DNA from: Alphaproteobacteria bacterium
GTDB taxonomy: Bacteria; Pseudomonadota; Alphaproteobacteria; SP197
DNA length: 64,000 nucleotides
Assembly (NCBI GenBank): GCA_964291415.2
Contig: OZ219919.1
Location: forward strand, 1 to 64,000
Reading direction: 5' to 3'
Part shown: positions 48,347 through 58,792 of the stretch, piece by piece
How the letters are laid out: every line of letters begins with the position of its first letter
Position numbering within the stretch: the first letter of the stretch is position 1
Program-made: the position numbers and the translations under genes
The notes under the pieces: generated by a model
What the model was told of the DNA's origin: nothing
What the model saw: only the letters and a program-made list of their open reading frames with translations
The model's database searches: none

Positions 48347-49540
48347 TCACGACCGGCGCGATGACATGAAGGTATCGATGGCCCTGACAACGCCGGCGAG
48401 GAATGTCCGCCGCCAGGAGCGATCCATCATCAGACGTTCCTCGACCGGGTTCGACAAGAAACCCATCTCTATCAGAACCGAAGGGACGTCGGGTGCTTTG
48501 AGCACCCGAAAGCCGGCGAACCTGTGGACGTTCCGGCGCAACTCGGTCACCCGGGTCAGTTCGCTGGCCAGGATTCCGGCGAACTCCGACGACGCGTTCT
48601 TGGTTTCCCTCTGTGCCAGGTCGATCAGGATATTGGTGGTAACCGGATCGTAGTCGATGCTGACGAAGTCGACTCCCTCGATGAGGTCGGACCGGTTCTC
48701 GTTCCGCGCGAGGGCTGCGGCTTCCTTGTCCGAAGCGGTTTCCGAAAGTGTGTAGACACCCATGCCCCTGACATGCGGGCTGTCGATCGAATCGGCGTGC
48801 AGGGAGATGAAGAGATCCGCGCCCGCCGCACGGGCGAACAGGACCCGGTCGGCAAGACGCAGGATCCAGTCGCCCTCACGGGTCATGACCACGTGATAGC
48901 GCCCGGTCTCCTCCAGCATGGCCTTGAGTTCGCGTGCGGCGGCCAGGACGATGTCCTTCTCGTGGGCGCCGCTGGCGCCGACGGCGCCTGGATCCGGGCC
49001 GCCGTGACCTGGATCGAGAACGATGATCGGGAGCGGCGGGGGAGGCTTGACGCCGGGCCTGAGGATGCCGTCATCCTCCACCGCGCTGTCGGAAGGCAAT
49101 GGAGCAGCGCTGACGAGCGGCGCAATGTCGAGCACGATCCGGTGACCGTAGTCACCCTCCGGTTCCAGGACCAGGGTGTCCCGCACCACCCCGGGTTCCA
49201 CGAGGTCGAGCACGACACGCGTCACGTCGACGGTCGGCGTGCCGAAGCGGGCGCGCACGACAAGTCCGGTGTCGATGCCGCGTTCCCTTTCGAGCATCCC
49301 CCGCGACACCTGCGAGAGGTCAACGACAATCCGCGCAGGGTCGTCGAGCGTGAAGGCGTGAAAGTCCGCCGGTCCATCGAGGTCGATGACAAATCGCGTC
49401 AGGTCCCCCGAAACACCGGCCCTGACGTTGACAAGAACGGTATCGCCGGCAAGGGCGTGCCCATGCACCCCCGACACCATCAGGGTCAGCATGATCACGG
49501 TCATGACAGCCTTGATGTATCCGGGACTTGTCGGACTCAT
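48347..49540 (-). CDS. amiC: N-acetylmuramoyl-L-alanine amidase with AMIN domain
   Basis: LDPGHGGPDPGA, FISLHAD, FRVLKAPDVPSVLIEMG; start uncertain (49540 or 49504). Confidence 0.9.
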   Translation of the reverse strand: MSPTSPGYIKAVMTVIMLTLMVSGVHGHALAGDTVLVNVRAGVSGDLTRFVIDLDGPADFHAFTLDDPARIVVDLSQVSRGMLERERGIDTGLVVRARFGTPTVDVTRVVLDLVEPGVVRDTLVLEPEGDYGHRIVLDIAPLVSAAPLPSDSAVEDDGILRPGVKPPPPLPIIVLDPGHGGPDPGAVGASGAHEKDIVLAAARELKAMLEETGRYHVVMTREGDWILRLADRVLFARAAGADLFISLHADSIDSPHVRGMGVYTLSETASDKEAAALARNENRSDLIEGVDFVSIDYDPVTTNILIDLAQRETKNASSEFAGILASELTRVTELRRNVHRFAGFRVLKAPDVPSVLIEMGFLSNPVEERLMMDRSWRRTFLAGVVRAIDTFMSSRRS

Positions 49541-49849
49541 GAGGGCGTTGTAGGATATTGATGTCGCCTGGTCACTGCCAAAGGATGGCAGCAGGAAACA
49601 GCGGACGACCCGCGACCTTGGACAGTGCGACGGGAGGTGCCGGTTCCGGCACCGAAATTGGAACAACCGTGACCCTTGCACCAGATCATTCCCGTGTCAT
49701 GAACCGGAACACGATTCCGGTCCTGCAAGCCTTGTGCGCTGCCCAAACCGCGGATGAATCATGGTGGAGCCGTCACTCAACCGAGGCGGCGGCGCGACGG
49801 CGATACACCAACGTCAGCCGACCTGCCGACAGGACTATCTGGACCATCC

Positions 49850-51871
49850 ATGACCACACGCATGCTCATCGACGCGGGCCACCCCGAAGAAACCCGCGTT
49901 GTCGTTTCCGACGGACATGAACTGCAGGAATTCGACGTCGAATCATCTGTCAAGACACAGATCAAGGCCAACATCTATCTCGCCAAGGTTGTCCGCATCG
50001 AGCCTTCGCTGCAATCCGCCTTTGTCGAGTACGGAGGCAACCGACACGGGTTCCTTCCGTTCAGCGAGATTCACACTGACTATTTCCAGCTTCCCGTATC
50101 CGACCGCGACGAGATCACCGCGGAACAGGCAAGACTGGTCGAGGAAGCGAGCCTCGACGACATCGAAGAGGACGACGCGGTCGACTCCGCCGACGGCGAA
50201 GCCGTTCCCGCCGAGTCAGGCTCTTCCCCGGCACGAAGTCGAGGACGCCGCCAGCAGGATGATCGGGAAGATCATCCCGAAACGATCCTTCATGCGGCCA
50301 TCCTCAAGCGCGGCTACCGCATCCAGGAGGTGATCAGGAAGAACCAGATCCTGCTGGTTCAGGTCACCAAGGAGGAGCGCGGCACCAAGGGGGCCGCACT
50401 CAGCACCTATCTGTCGATTGCCGGACGCTACTGCGTGCTGATGCCCAACACGCCCCGTGGTGGTGGCATCTCGCGCAAGATCACGGACCATGCACAGCGC
50501 CGCCGCCTCAAGGAGGTTGCCGCGGGCTTCGACATTCCCGAAGGCATGGGTCTCATCGTCCGCACCGCAGGTCAGAACCGCTCGCGTCCCGAGATCCGCC
50601 GCGACTACAACAGTCTCCTCAAGCAATGGGAGGACCTCCGGGACAAGACGCTGAAGAGCACGGCTCCATGCCTCATCAGGGAGGAGGCCAGCATCATCAA
50701 GCGGGCCATTCGCGACCTCTACACGAAGAACGTGGACGAGGTGCTCGTCGAGGGAGACGAGGGCTACCGTACCGCGAAGGCCTACATGAAGTTCCTCATG
50801 CCGAGCCATGCCTCGAGGGTCAAGCTTCACCGGGATTCGGTTTCGCTGTTCCACGCGTTTGACGTGGAGAAGGAAATCGATGCCATGCACAGCCCCGTGG
50901 TGCCTCTGGCTTCAGGCGGCTCGCTCGTCATCAATCCGACCGAGGCGCTCGTGGTCATCGACGTCAACTCCGGACGCTCCACACGGGAGCGTTCCATCGA
51001 GGACACGGCACTGAAAACCAATCTCGAGGCGACGCACGAGATCGCTCGCCAGATGCGGTTGCGGGACCTTGCCGGGCTGGTCGTCATCGATTTCATCGAC
51101 ATGGACGACCGCCGCAATGATGCCACCGTGGAACGCCGCATGAAGGAGGCGGTGAAGGGCGACCGTGCCCGCATCCAGATTGGCCGCATCAGCCACTTCG
51201 GCCTCATGGAACTGTCCCGCCAGCGTTTGCGTCCCAGTCTCGAGGAAGCCATCTCGGCGCCATGCCCGACGTGCAACGGTTCGGGTTACATGCGGTCGAT
51301 CGAGTCGACGACGCTGCACGTGTTGCGCGGCATCGAAAGCGCGGCGGCGGGCAAGGCTGGCCAAACGCTCCTTGTGACCGCGCCGACGGCCATCGCCTTC
51401 CAGCTGCTCAATCACAAGCGGCTCATGCTGACGGGGATCGAGGACCGCTACAAGGTCACGGTGACCATCGAGGCCGATGACCGGCTGGTGGCGCCCGACT
51501 TCCGCATCGATACCGGCGACTCCGGAACCGCGGCCCATGCTCCGCGAGACAACGCGGCACAAGTCCCCGACGAGCCCTCATCCTTGCGACGTCGCAAGCG
51601 TTCGCGGCGCCGGCGCCGCGATGCCGGCCAGGAGGCGGATCCGGATCCGGTGAAAGCCGATGCTCAGGAAAGCGAGGACGAGGCCGCCGAACAGGGAGAG
51701 CGCAGGCGCCGGCGGCGGGGCAGACGCGGTGGCCGGCGGCGCAAGGCCAACGGGGAAAATGCCCCGCAAACCGCTGGCGAGAATCGCCAGGGACAGCAGG
51801 ATGACCCGAGTCCGGCACCCGCCGGGGAGACTGCGCCTGCGGATGGCGAGGCGGAGGCCGTGGCCGGATAG
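49850..51871 (+). CDS. rne: Ribonuclease E
   Basis: MLIDA...ETRV, EPSLQSAFVEYG...HGFL, IDVNSG, IDFIDM, Zn-link CPTC, Arg-rich C-terminal tail; divergent from amiC. Confidence 0.95.
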   Translation: MTTRMLIDAGHPEETRVVVSDGHELQEFDVESSVKTQIKANIYLAKVVRIEPSLQSAFVEYGGNRHGFLPFSEIHTDYFQLPVSDRDEITAEQARLVEEASLDDIEEDDAVDSADGEAVPAESGSSPARSRGRRQQDDREDHPETILHAAILKRGYRIQEVIRKNQILLVQVTKEERGTKGAALSTYLSIAGRYCVLMPNTPRGGGISRKITDHAQRRRLKEVAAGFDIPEGMGLIVRTAGQNRSRPEIRRDYNSLLKQWEDLRDKTLKSTAPCLIREEASIIKRAIRDLYTKNVDEVLVEGDEGYRTAKAYMKFLMPSHASRVKLHRDSVSLFHAFDVEKEIDAMHSPVVPLASGGSLVINPTEALVVIDVNSGRSTRERSIEDTALKTNLEATHEIARQMRLRDLAGLVVIDFIDMDDRRNDATVERRMKEAVKGDRARIQIGRISHFGLMELSRQRLRPSLEEAISAPCPTCNGSGYMRSIESTTLHVLRGIESAAAGKAGQTLLVTAPTAIAFQLLNHKRLMLTGIEDRYKVTVTIEADDRLVAPDFRIDTGDSGTAAHAPRDNAAQVPDEPSSLRRRKRSRRRRRDAGQEADPDPVKADAQESEDEAAEQGERRRRRRGRRGGRRRKANGENAPQTAGENRQGQQDDPSPAPAGETAPADGEAEAVAG

Positions 51872-51875
51872 GCAA

Positions 51876-52361
51876 TCAGCGGCGTATGCCGATTCCCTGT
51901 CCCGAGAGAGGCGGACGCCCGAGACTGTCGTGCGCCGCACGCACGTCGGCCAGGCGGCAGGCGATGGCCTCCGGAAAGCGGCGCGGTCGGCGGGTCTCAC
52001 GGTCCATGAGGATCTCGATCAGTTCGAAGGACGCCGCGACATAGTGCTGGCGCTCCTGGATCATGGTCAGGAAGCTCACGATCTTGTTGTGGTCGTGATC
52101 GACAAGCTGTGCGGTGATGAGGAGCGGATCATCGAGAAGGACCTCCCGGATGTACCAGGACGTGTCCTGGAGGGCGAAGACGGTCGCACCAAGGCGCGAG
52201 AGAGCTTCCCGCGACAATCCCAGCGCGGCATAGAACGGCCCGGTGGCCCGGTCGAAGAGCCTCGTGTACGAGCGGATGCCCATGTGACCGTTGTGATCGA
52301 CAAGATCATGGGTCACGGCCAGGCGCAAAGCCTCGAAGGGAGCCCCGATCTCCACCGTCAT
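51876..52361 (-). CDS. Thioesterase family (4HBT-like hot-dog fold)
   Basis: VDHNGHM...Y..LFD, YIREV. Confidence 0.8.
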   Translation of the reverse strand: MTVEIGAPFEALRLAVTHDLVDHNGHMGIRSYTRLFDRATGPFYAALGLSREALSRLGATVFALQDTSWYIREVLLDDPLLITAQLVDHDHNKIVSFLTMIQERQHYVAASFELIEILMDRETRRPRRFPEAIACRLADVRAAHDSLGRPPLSGQGIGIRR

Positions 52362-52365
52362 GCCG

Positions 52366-53922
52366 TCAATCGGGAATCCGCGGATCGGTGACCGCCATGC
52401 AACTCGTCGGGGCATTGCGCAGGCCATCGGGACAGTGAATGGCGAGCACGCGGCCGATTTCGGCAACCCTTTCCACCGCATGTCCGCGTTCCGCGAGCGC
52501 TTCCGCGGCTTCGTCCTCCGGCGTTCCCTCGGCGAACACCACATGGGGGATGCCGGGATGGTGTACCCTCGTGCGGCGGACGGCGTCATCCAACGGCACG
52601 CTGTCATCAAGGGTGTCCATCAGAACCTGTGCCATGACCACGGGCGACGCCGAACCTCCTGTCGCCGTGCCGACAAGGACCACCGAACGCAACACGTCGT
52701 TGACCACGATCACGGGGAGCAGGGTTTCGTCGGCACCGGATGACGCCGGGATGATGATCCCGGTCCCGGGCAGCACGGAGCCGTCGCCAAACAGACCATT
52801 CATGGTGAAGACACAGGCCACCGCGTTGCCCATTCGGTCGGCGGTGACGACTCCCGTGGCATGGGGCGATTCGCCGAGCGGCGTCGGTGATCCCGGCAGC
52901 GCCGCAGGATCCGTTGCCCGGGTGGCGCGATAACCTTCCATCAGGTTCACTGCTCCGGGCGACCCGCGCGCCACCGCCAGGCGCAGGGCCACCTCGGCAA
53001 GCAGGTGGTACCTCTCCGCGTCACCGTCCATTGAACCGGCATCGTCCAGCAGGGTGAGGGCCGTCAGGGCCGAGGCCCCCGCATCGATGGTCTCGTCCGG
53101 CACCTGCACGGCCAGATCGGTGGCCATCAATCCTCGCTCGTAAGCGAACGTTGCGGGATCGGACCACGCCACCGCGTAGGTGGCGAGCTCTTCGGGCGTG
53201 ATGACGCGGCCCGCCTCGTGAGCCGCCTCGATGATGCTCCGCGCCGTCCGGCCGCGATAGAAGTCGCTGGCTCCACGGGTCCTGATTCCAGACAGCATGT
53301 CCGACAGTTCGAACTGCACCAGCGGGTCGCCGGCATCGGGCACGCCGCCCGCGGGAGAGGTGAAGAGACGCCTCGCTTCGGCGTTTCCCAAGAGGGTGCC
53401 GGGGGCGTGTGCGAAATCGCGTGCAAGAGCAGGCGACACGCGCACACCGAACCGCGCTGCGCGTTCGGCAGGAACCAGCAGATCATGCCATGCGAGATTG
53501 CCATGGACGGCCTGCAGGGCCGACATGCCGCGCACGGCCCCCGGGACCGGCAGACCGTCCCCTTCCGTGGAGGCAGGACGGTTGCGGAAATCCAGAAGCC
53601 TTGTCTGGTTTTCCGCTTCCTCGTATGACAGGCAGAGACCGCCGGAAGCGAGCGAAACCCGAGAGGGATAGCTGACCGCCGCCATGAAGAAATACGCCAC
53701 TGCGGCATCCGCCGCGGTTCCTTCCCGGGCCAGCACCTCCCCGGCAACCCGGCGGGCGAGCGCGTCTTCGCCTGCCACCAGTCCGGTCTCGCCACCGCCC
53801 ACGACCCGACCGACGGTTGGCCCCGCCTCGTCCAGGGTTCCGCAGGAGGCTGTCGCGAGAGCCAGGGCCAGAACCAGCGCACGCAACGCGGGACTGTCTG
53901 TTCGCGCAATTGTGTTCAGCAT
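52366..53922 (-). CDS. Gamma-glutamyltransferase-like lipoprotein
   Basis: Lipobox-like TASC, GTAADAAVA, VPGAVRG, FYRG, DRMGNAVACVFTMNGLFG, RVHH, TDPR; start uncertain. Confidence 0.82.
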   Translation of the reverse strand: MLNTIARTDSPALRALVLALALATASCGTLDEAGPTVGRVVGGGETGLVAGEDALARRVAGEVLAREGTAADAAVAYFFMAAVSYPSRVSLASGGLCLSYEEAENQTRLLDFRNRPASTEGDGLPVPGAVRGMSALQAVHGNLAWHDLLVPAERAARFGVRVSPALARDFAHAPGTLLGNAEARRLFTSPAGGVPDAGDPLVQFELSDMLSGIRTRGASDFYRGRTARSIIEAAHEAGRVITPEELATYAVAWSDPATFAYERGLMATDLAVQVPDETIDAGASALTALTLLDDAGSMDGDAERYHLLAEVALRLAVARGSPGAVNLMEGYRATRATDPAALPGSPTPLGESPHATGVVTADRMGNAVACVFTMNGLFGDGSVLPGTGIIIPASSGADETLLPVIVVNDVLRSVVLVGTATGGSASPVVMAQVLMDTLDDSVPLDDAVRRTRVHHPGIPHVVFAEGTPEDEAAEALAERGHAVERVAEIGRVLAIHCPDGLRNAPTSCMAVTDPRIPD

Positions 53923-55249
53923 GACTGTCCTTGCGGCCTTGTTTTGCGGAGCAGACGGCACCCGGGCCCAATCGGGTCAGAGCATGTCGCTTTTCCGTGA
54001 TGCCGAGATCGAGAATATCATCAGCAGCTATGCCGAACCACTGTTCCGCGTCAACGGCCTCGACTTCGACAGGTTCGCCATTCATCTCGTGGCCGATGAC
54101 AGTCTCAATGCCTTCGTCGCCAACGGCAAGCACATGTTCCTGTTCAGCGGTCTGCTGCGGCGCAGCGACGATCCGGGCATGGTGACCGGCGTCATTGCCC
54201 ACGAAGTCGGTCACCTGGCCGCGGGTCATCTGACCATGGTCCGGGGCGCCGTCGAGGACGCCTCGGCGATGGTGATTCTGTCGACACTGCTCGGCGTCGG
54301 TGTCGGCCTCATTGGCGGTGGCGAGGCCGGTGTGGCGGTTGCCGCCGCCGGACAGCAGATCGGCACCCGCACCTTTACCCGCTTCAGCCGCATCCAGGAA
54401 TCGGCTGCCGACCAGGCCGCGCTCAGGTCCCTCGAACTGACCGGCCAGTCGGCGGAAGGGCTTCGCGACCTGATGGAGGAACTTGCGGAATCGGAACTGC
54501 TGCTGTCGTCGTCCTCCGAGATCCCCTGGTTCCTGACCCACCCTCTCAGCACGGAACGCGTGCACACGATGAACGCCCACATCGCGCGTTCCGCCTTCAG
54601 CGGCGTCGCCTTCGACGCGGACGTGATCGACCGCCACAGGCGCATGATCGCCAAGGTCACCGGTTTTCTTCTCGATCCCTCTGTCACGTACCGCACCTAT
54701 GCGGATCCTGAAGAATCGGTCTATTCCCGCTACGCCTGGTCCATCGCCCGCTACAGGGAGCGCCTGATGGACGAGGCTCTGGCCCTTATCGACGGCCTGA
54801 TCGCGGATGAACCGGAGAACCCCTGGTTTCACGAGCTGCGCGGCCAGATGCTCTATGAGACCGGCGACATCGCGGGCTCTGTTCCGTCCTTCGCGCAATC
54901 GGTCAAGCTGGCCCCCGGGGAACCGCTGCTGAGGATCAATCTGGCACGCAGCCTGCTGCAGCTCGACGAGGAAGCCGGCTGGCGCGAGGCGATCCGCCAT
55001 CTCGACGAGGCGCGCGTCCACGAAAGCGGCATGCCGGTGACATGGAGCCTGCTTGGCCATGCCTTCGAGAAGCTGGGCGATGAGGCGCGGTCCCGGGTCG
55101 CCCGCGCCGAGATGCACTACATGAGGGGCGAGCTGCGGCGTGCCCGCAAACTCGCCGGAGACGCGATTGACGGCCTCGAAACCGGGACCACCGACTGGTT
55201 CCGCGCCACCGATATCCTGGCCGCCACCGACTTCCTCGAAGGCGGGTGA
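53921..55249 (+). CDS. M48 family metalloprotease with TPRs (BepA/YfgC-like)
   Basis: NAFVANG, AHEVGH (HExxH), QESAAD, LTHP; start uncertain. Confidence 0.9.
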   Translation: MTVLAALFCGADGTRAQSGQSMSLFRDAEIENIISSYAEPLFRVNGLDFDRFAIHLVADDSLNAFVANGKHMFLFSGLLRRSDDPGMVTGVIAHEVGHLAAGHLTMVRGAVEDASAMVILSTLLGVGVGLIGGGEAGVAVAAAGQQIGTRTFTRFSRIQESAADQAALRSLELTGQSAEGLRDLMEELAESELLLSSSSEIPWFLTHPLSTERVHTMNAHIARSAFSGVAFDADVIDRHRRMIAKVTGFLLDPSVTYRTYADPEESVYSRYAWSIARYRERLMDEALALIDGLIADEPENPWFHELRGQMLYETGDIAGSVPSFAQSVKLAPGEPLLRINLARSLLQLDEEAGWREAIRHLDEARVHESGMPVTWSLLGHAFEKLGDEARSRVARAEMHYMRGELRRARKLAGDAIDGLETGTTDWFRATDILAATDFLEGG

Positions 55250-55356
55250 CCCGCGGCAGCAGTTGCACCTGCCGGCAGGGCAGTGTGAAATGGATGATCG
55301 ATTCATGCCGCGATGGGATCCCCGGGCAAGGGCGGCCGTGGCTGACTGGGGATGAC

Positions 55357-55812
55357 ATGCCCGACGATACCCGAATCCTGGTTCTCAACGGACCCAATCT
55401 CAATCTTCTCGGCACGAGGGAACCGGGCATCTACGGTCTGCAGACCCTGCCCGACATCGAACGTGCCGTGCGCCGGCGGGCCGATGAGCTTTCCATGGCG
55501 GTGGACTTCCTGCAGAGCAACCATGAAGGCGAGTTGATCGATGCCGTCCAGAACGCGGGTGGCCAGGCGGCGGCGCTTGTCGTCAACGCCGGCGGACTGA
55601 CCCACACGTCAGTGGCCCTCGCTGATGCCCTGAGAGCGTTCGACGGTGTCGTTGTCGAGGTCCATCTCTCCAACATCCACGCCAGGGAACCCTTCCGGCA
55701 CCATTCCCATGTGGCGGGTGTCGCCACCGGTTCGATTTGCGGATTTGGGGGCCACGGCTACATACTGGCCATCGAGGCCATTCACACCATTGTCGGATCT
55801 CCGTCACCATGA
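55357..55812 (+). CDS. aroQ: Type II 3-dehydroquinate dehydratase
   Basis: [34 protein letters not shown]. Confidence 0.97.
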   Translation: MPDDTRILVLNGPNLNLLGTREPGIYGLQTLPDIERAVRRRADELSMAVDFLQSNHEGELIDAVQNAGGQAAALVVNAGGLTHTSVALADALRAFDGVVVEVHLSNIHAREPFRHHSHVAGVATGSICGFGGHGYILAIEAIHTIVGSPSP

Positions 55813-56255
55813 GCCATGAACCCTTCCCGCTCGACGCGGAGGCGATCCGGGAGCTGGCGCGCCTGCTCGAGGAAACCGGCCTTGCGGAAATCGAGGTGGA
55901 AAACTCGGGACGCAAGCTGCGCGTGGTGCGAGGAAACACGTCCGTCACCGCGTTCCCCTTGCCCCAGGCCGCCGTGCATCCTCCGGAAACCGCACAGGAG
56001 TCCGTCGGCGAGGGCGCCGTTCGCTCGCCGATGGTCGGCACCGCCTATCTCGCTCCCGAGCCCGGTGCGGCCTCATTCGTGAACGAGGGAGACGACGTCG
56101 CGGAAGGCGACACCCTGCTGATCGTCGAAGCAATGAAGGTCATGAATCCGATCCGTGCGCCCCTCGGTGGCACCGTGACCCAGATTCTCGTCTCCGACGG
56201 CAGGCCGGTCGAGTACGGCCAGGTGCTCATGGTCATCGACCCGGCGCATGTTTGA
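55809..56255 (+). CDS. accB: Acetyl-CoA carboxylase biotin carboxyl carrier protein
   Basis: SPMVGT, EAMKVMN biotinylation motif. Confidence 0.97.
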   Translation: MSHEPFPLDAEAIRELARLLEETGLAEIEVENSGRKLRVVRGNTSVTAFPLPQAAVHPPETAQESVGEGAVRSPMVGTAYLAPEPGAASFVNEGDDVAEGDTLLIVEAMKVMNPIRAPLGGTVTQILVSDGRPVEYGQVLMVIDPAHV

Positions 56256-57591
56256 CAAGGTTCTCATTGCCAATCGCGGGGAAGTGGCCCTTCGCATCCA
56301 CCGGGCCTGCCGGGAAATGGGTATCCGTACCGTCGCTGTCCATTCCGAAGTGGACACCAACGCGATGCACGTCCGCCTTGCCGACGAGAGTGTGTGCATC
56401 GGGCCGGCGCCGGCGCGTGACAGCTATCTCAATGTGCCGGCCATCCTGGCCGCCGCCGAAGTCACCGGCGCCAATGCCATCCATCCAGGATACGGCTTCC
56501 TGTCCGAAAACAGCCGGTTTGCCGAGATCGTCGAGGAACATGGCATCACCTTCATCGGACCGGGCAGCGAACATATTCGCCTGATGGGCGACAAGATGGC
56601 GGCGCGCAACAAGGCCAGGGACCTCGGGATCCCGGTCCTGCCAGGGTCCGAAGGCGTGGTGCGTGACACGACCGAAGCCGCCGCGATCGCCGGGGAGATC
56701 GGCTATCCGGTCCTTCTCAAGGCGGCAGCCGGCGGCGGCGGCCGCGGTATCTCCCTGGTGGAGGACGACTCCAGCATGGAGGCGGTCTTTGCCCGGTCGA
56801 GACGCGAATCGGAGGCTGCATTCGGCGACGGATCCCTTTACGTGGAGAAGTTCCTGACCAATCCGCGCCACATCGAGATCCAGGTCGCCGGCGACAAGGA
56901 AGGACGTGTCGTTCACCTCGGCGAACGCGACTGCTCGGTGCAGCGGCGTCATCAGAAGATCGTCGAGGAAGCACCAAGTCCCGCACTCAATGCCGAGCAG
57001 CGGCTCGCCATCGGCGAGCTCGTTGTCGATGCCATGACCAGACTCGGCTACCGGAGTCTCGGGACGGTAGAGTTTCTCTACGAGGACGGTTCGTTTCACT
57101 TCATCGAGATGAACACCCGGTTGCAGGTCGAACACCCCGTCACGGAAATGGTGACCGGCATCGACCTCGTGCGCGAACAGATCCGCCTTTCCTCCGGCGC
57201 GCCGCTCAGCTTCAGCCAGGAAGACGTGACGATGACCGGTCATGCGATCGAGTGCCGGATCAATGCCGAAAGCCCCTTCTCCTTCATGCCTTCGCCCGGC
57301 CAGGTGACCACCTACCACGCTCCGGGAGGCATGAGCGTGCGGATCGATTCGGCCCTCTACTCCGGCTACACGGTACCGCCGACCTACGACAACCTGATCG
57401 CCAAGCTCGTCGTGTGCGGGCGCAACCGCAACGAGAGCATGATGCGGTTGAGACGGGCTCTCGAGGAGTTCGCCATTGACGGAATCGAGACCACCATCCC
57501 TCTCCACCAGGCGCTTCTCGGCAACCAGGACTTCGCCAATGGTCACTATGACGTGACATGGCTGGAACGCTTCCTTGCTTCCGCAACCTGA
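56248..57591 (+). CDS. accC: Acetyl-CoA carboxylase biotin carboxylase
   Basis: IANRGE, HPGYGFLSEN, GGGGRG, QRRHQK, EMNTRLQVEHPVTE. Confidence 0.98.
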   Translation: MFDKVLIANRGEVALRIHRACREMGIRTVAVHSEVDTNAMHVRLADESVCIGPAPARDSYLNVPAILAAAEVTGANAIHPGYGFLSENSRFAEIVEEHGITFIGPGSEHIRLMGDKMAARNKARDLGIPVLPGSEGVVRDTTEAAAIAGEIGYPVLLKAAAGGGGRGISLVEDDSSMEAVFARSRRESEAAFGDGSLYVEKFLTNPRHIEIQVAGDKEGRVVHLGERDCSVQRRHQKIVEEAPSPALNAEQRLAIGELVVDAMTRLGYRSLGTVEFLYEDGSFHFIEMNTRLQVEHPVTEMVTGIDLVREQIRLSSGAPLSFSQEDVTMTGHAIECRINAESPFSFMPSPGQVTTYHAPGGMSVRIDSALYSGYTVPPTYDNLIAKLVVCGRNRNESMMRLRRALEEFAIDGIETTIPLHQALLGNQDFANGHYDVTWLERFLASAT

Positions 57592-58237
57592 ACCGGACGA
57601 AGCGGCCGGACTGACCACGCCGATGCTTCTGTCAGCCTATGCGCGGGGTCTCTTCCCCATGGCGAGCCACCGGCTCGACAGGAATCCGGAATGGGTCTTT
57701 CCATACCGTCGCGGCATCATCCCCCTGAACCGCTTCCACGTTCCGCGCAGCCTGGAAAAGGTGTTGAGACGGGGTGGGTTCGAGATCACCGTCAACCGGG
57801 CCTTCGCCAGGGTGATCGCCGCCTGTGCCAGGCCGACGCCCGGGCGCGAGAACACCTGGATCAGCGTCGGCATCGAGAAGGCCTACACCAGACTGCACCA
57901 TGAGGGGCACGCCCACAGCGTCGAGTGCTGGATGGACGGTGTGCTCGCCGGGGGGCTCTACGGCGTTCAACTGCGTGGGGCGTTCTTCGGCGAAAGCATG
58001 TTTTCCGACATTGCCAATGCCAGCAAGGTGGCGCTGGTCCACCTTGTCAGGCGTCTCGTCACGGGTGGCTTCGTTCTTCTCGACATACAGTTCGTCACCG
58101 ATCATCTGCGCATGTTCGGAGCCATCGAGATCACCGGATCGGACTATCTGGACCGTCTCGACCGGGCGCTTTCGATCGAGGGTGCCGACTTCTACTGCCT
58201 GCCCCGGTCGATACAGTCCAGGACCCATATGTCGTAG
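57575..58237 (+). CDS. aat: Leucyl/phenylalanyl-tRNA-protein transferase
   Basis: AYARGLFPM, TWI, AHSVECW, GGLYG, FFGESMFS, ASKVAL. Confidence 0.95.
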   Translation: MLPQPEPDEAAGLTTPMLLSAYARGLFPMASHRLDRNPEWVFPYRRGIIPLNRFHVPRSLEKVLRRGGFEITVNRAFARVIAACARPTPGRENTWISVGIEKAYTRLHHEGHAHSVECWMDGVLAGGLYGVQLRGAFFGESMFSDIANASKVALVHLVRRLVTGGFVLLDIQFVTDHLRMFGAIEITGSDYLDRLDRALSIEGADFYCLPRSIQSRTHMS

Positions 58238-58629
58238 ACCGGGTGTTCAAGCGCCGACACGCCCGGCGTTCCGGCAAACATCCAGCCGCTGAAAACCTCC
58301 TCAGGATTGCCCGAACGGCTTTCCCGGATCTCGAGAAAGGAGGCACTCTCCGGCGTCTGCCAGGGCGGCGTCTTGCGGCAGGCCCTGACGGTCACCTGCA
58401 ATGTCCCGAATGAACCCGTCTCGCCAACACCGATGGCAAAGGCGAAGGCATGGCCGGTCACCTTCTCCATGCCGCCCAGCAACACCGTGTCGTGGTCCTC
58501 GAACACCTGCTCGGCCCCGGCGCCGCGGCCGACGATCATGGCCAGAAAGATGCAGGCGATCAGGCGAAGGGCTTGTCGAGCGTTGCCACCAGATCCGCGA
58601 GAACCTTCCGCATCTGCTGCTCGTCGCAT
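58192..58629 (-). CDS. DUF2155 domain exported protein
   Basis: EKVTG, FGTLQVTVRAC, PESASFLEI, FSGWMFA.TP..SALEHPVYDIWVLDC; real start probably downstream of 58629. Confidence 0.85.
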   Translation of the reverse strand: MRRAADAEGSRGSGGNARQALRLIACIFLAMIVGRGAGAEQVFEDHDTVLLGGMEKVTGHAFAFAIGVGETGSFGTLQVTVRACRKTPPWQTPESASFLEIRESRSGNPEEVFSGWMFAGTPGVSALEHPVYDIWVLDCIDRGRQ

Positions 58630-58781
58630 CCCATCACCACCGCATCTTCGAGCGCGTCCTGTGCCATGTCGCGAAGTTCGTCAAGATTGTCCCTCAGCAC
58701 GGCGAGCTTGTCGTGGCAACCAACGGGCTCGCCGTCGGGTGAGAGCCATGTCTCGGGCAGCCAGACCGGTCGCTGATCCAT
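58560..58781 (-). CDS. Small conserved hypothetical protein
   Basis: W..PDGEPVGC.DK..VL..NL.EL....QDALEDAVVMG.DE pattern; lies in the mlaD operon. Confidence 0.75.
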   Translation of the reverse strand: MDQRPVWLPETWLSPDGEPVGCHDKLAVLRDNLDELRDMAQDALEDAVVMGCDEQQMRKVLADLVATLDKPFA

Positions 58782-58792
58782 GAACCCCTGCC

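Noticed and set aside
49541-49849. Possible structured rne 5' leader RNA
   Set aside because: Length is compatible but no recognisable conserved structure could be verified by eye.
51590-51745. Arg-rich low-complexity repeats
   Set aside because: Normal RNA-binding tracts of the RNase E C-terminal tail.
53483-55306. 607-aa minus-strand ORF and the N-terminal extension from 53684
   Set aside because: Shadow of the M48 protease; the extension is antisense to the GGT-like gene.
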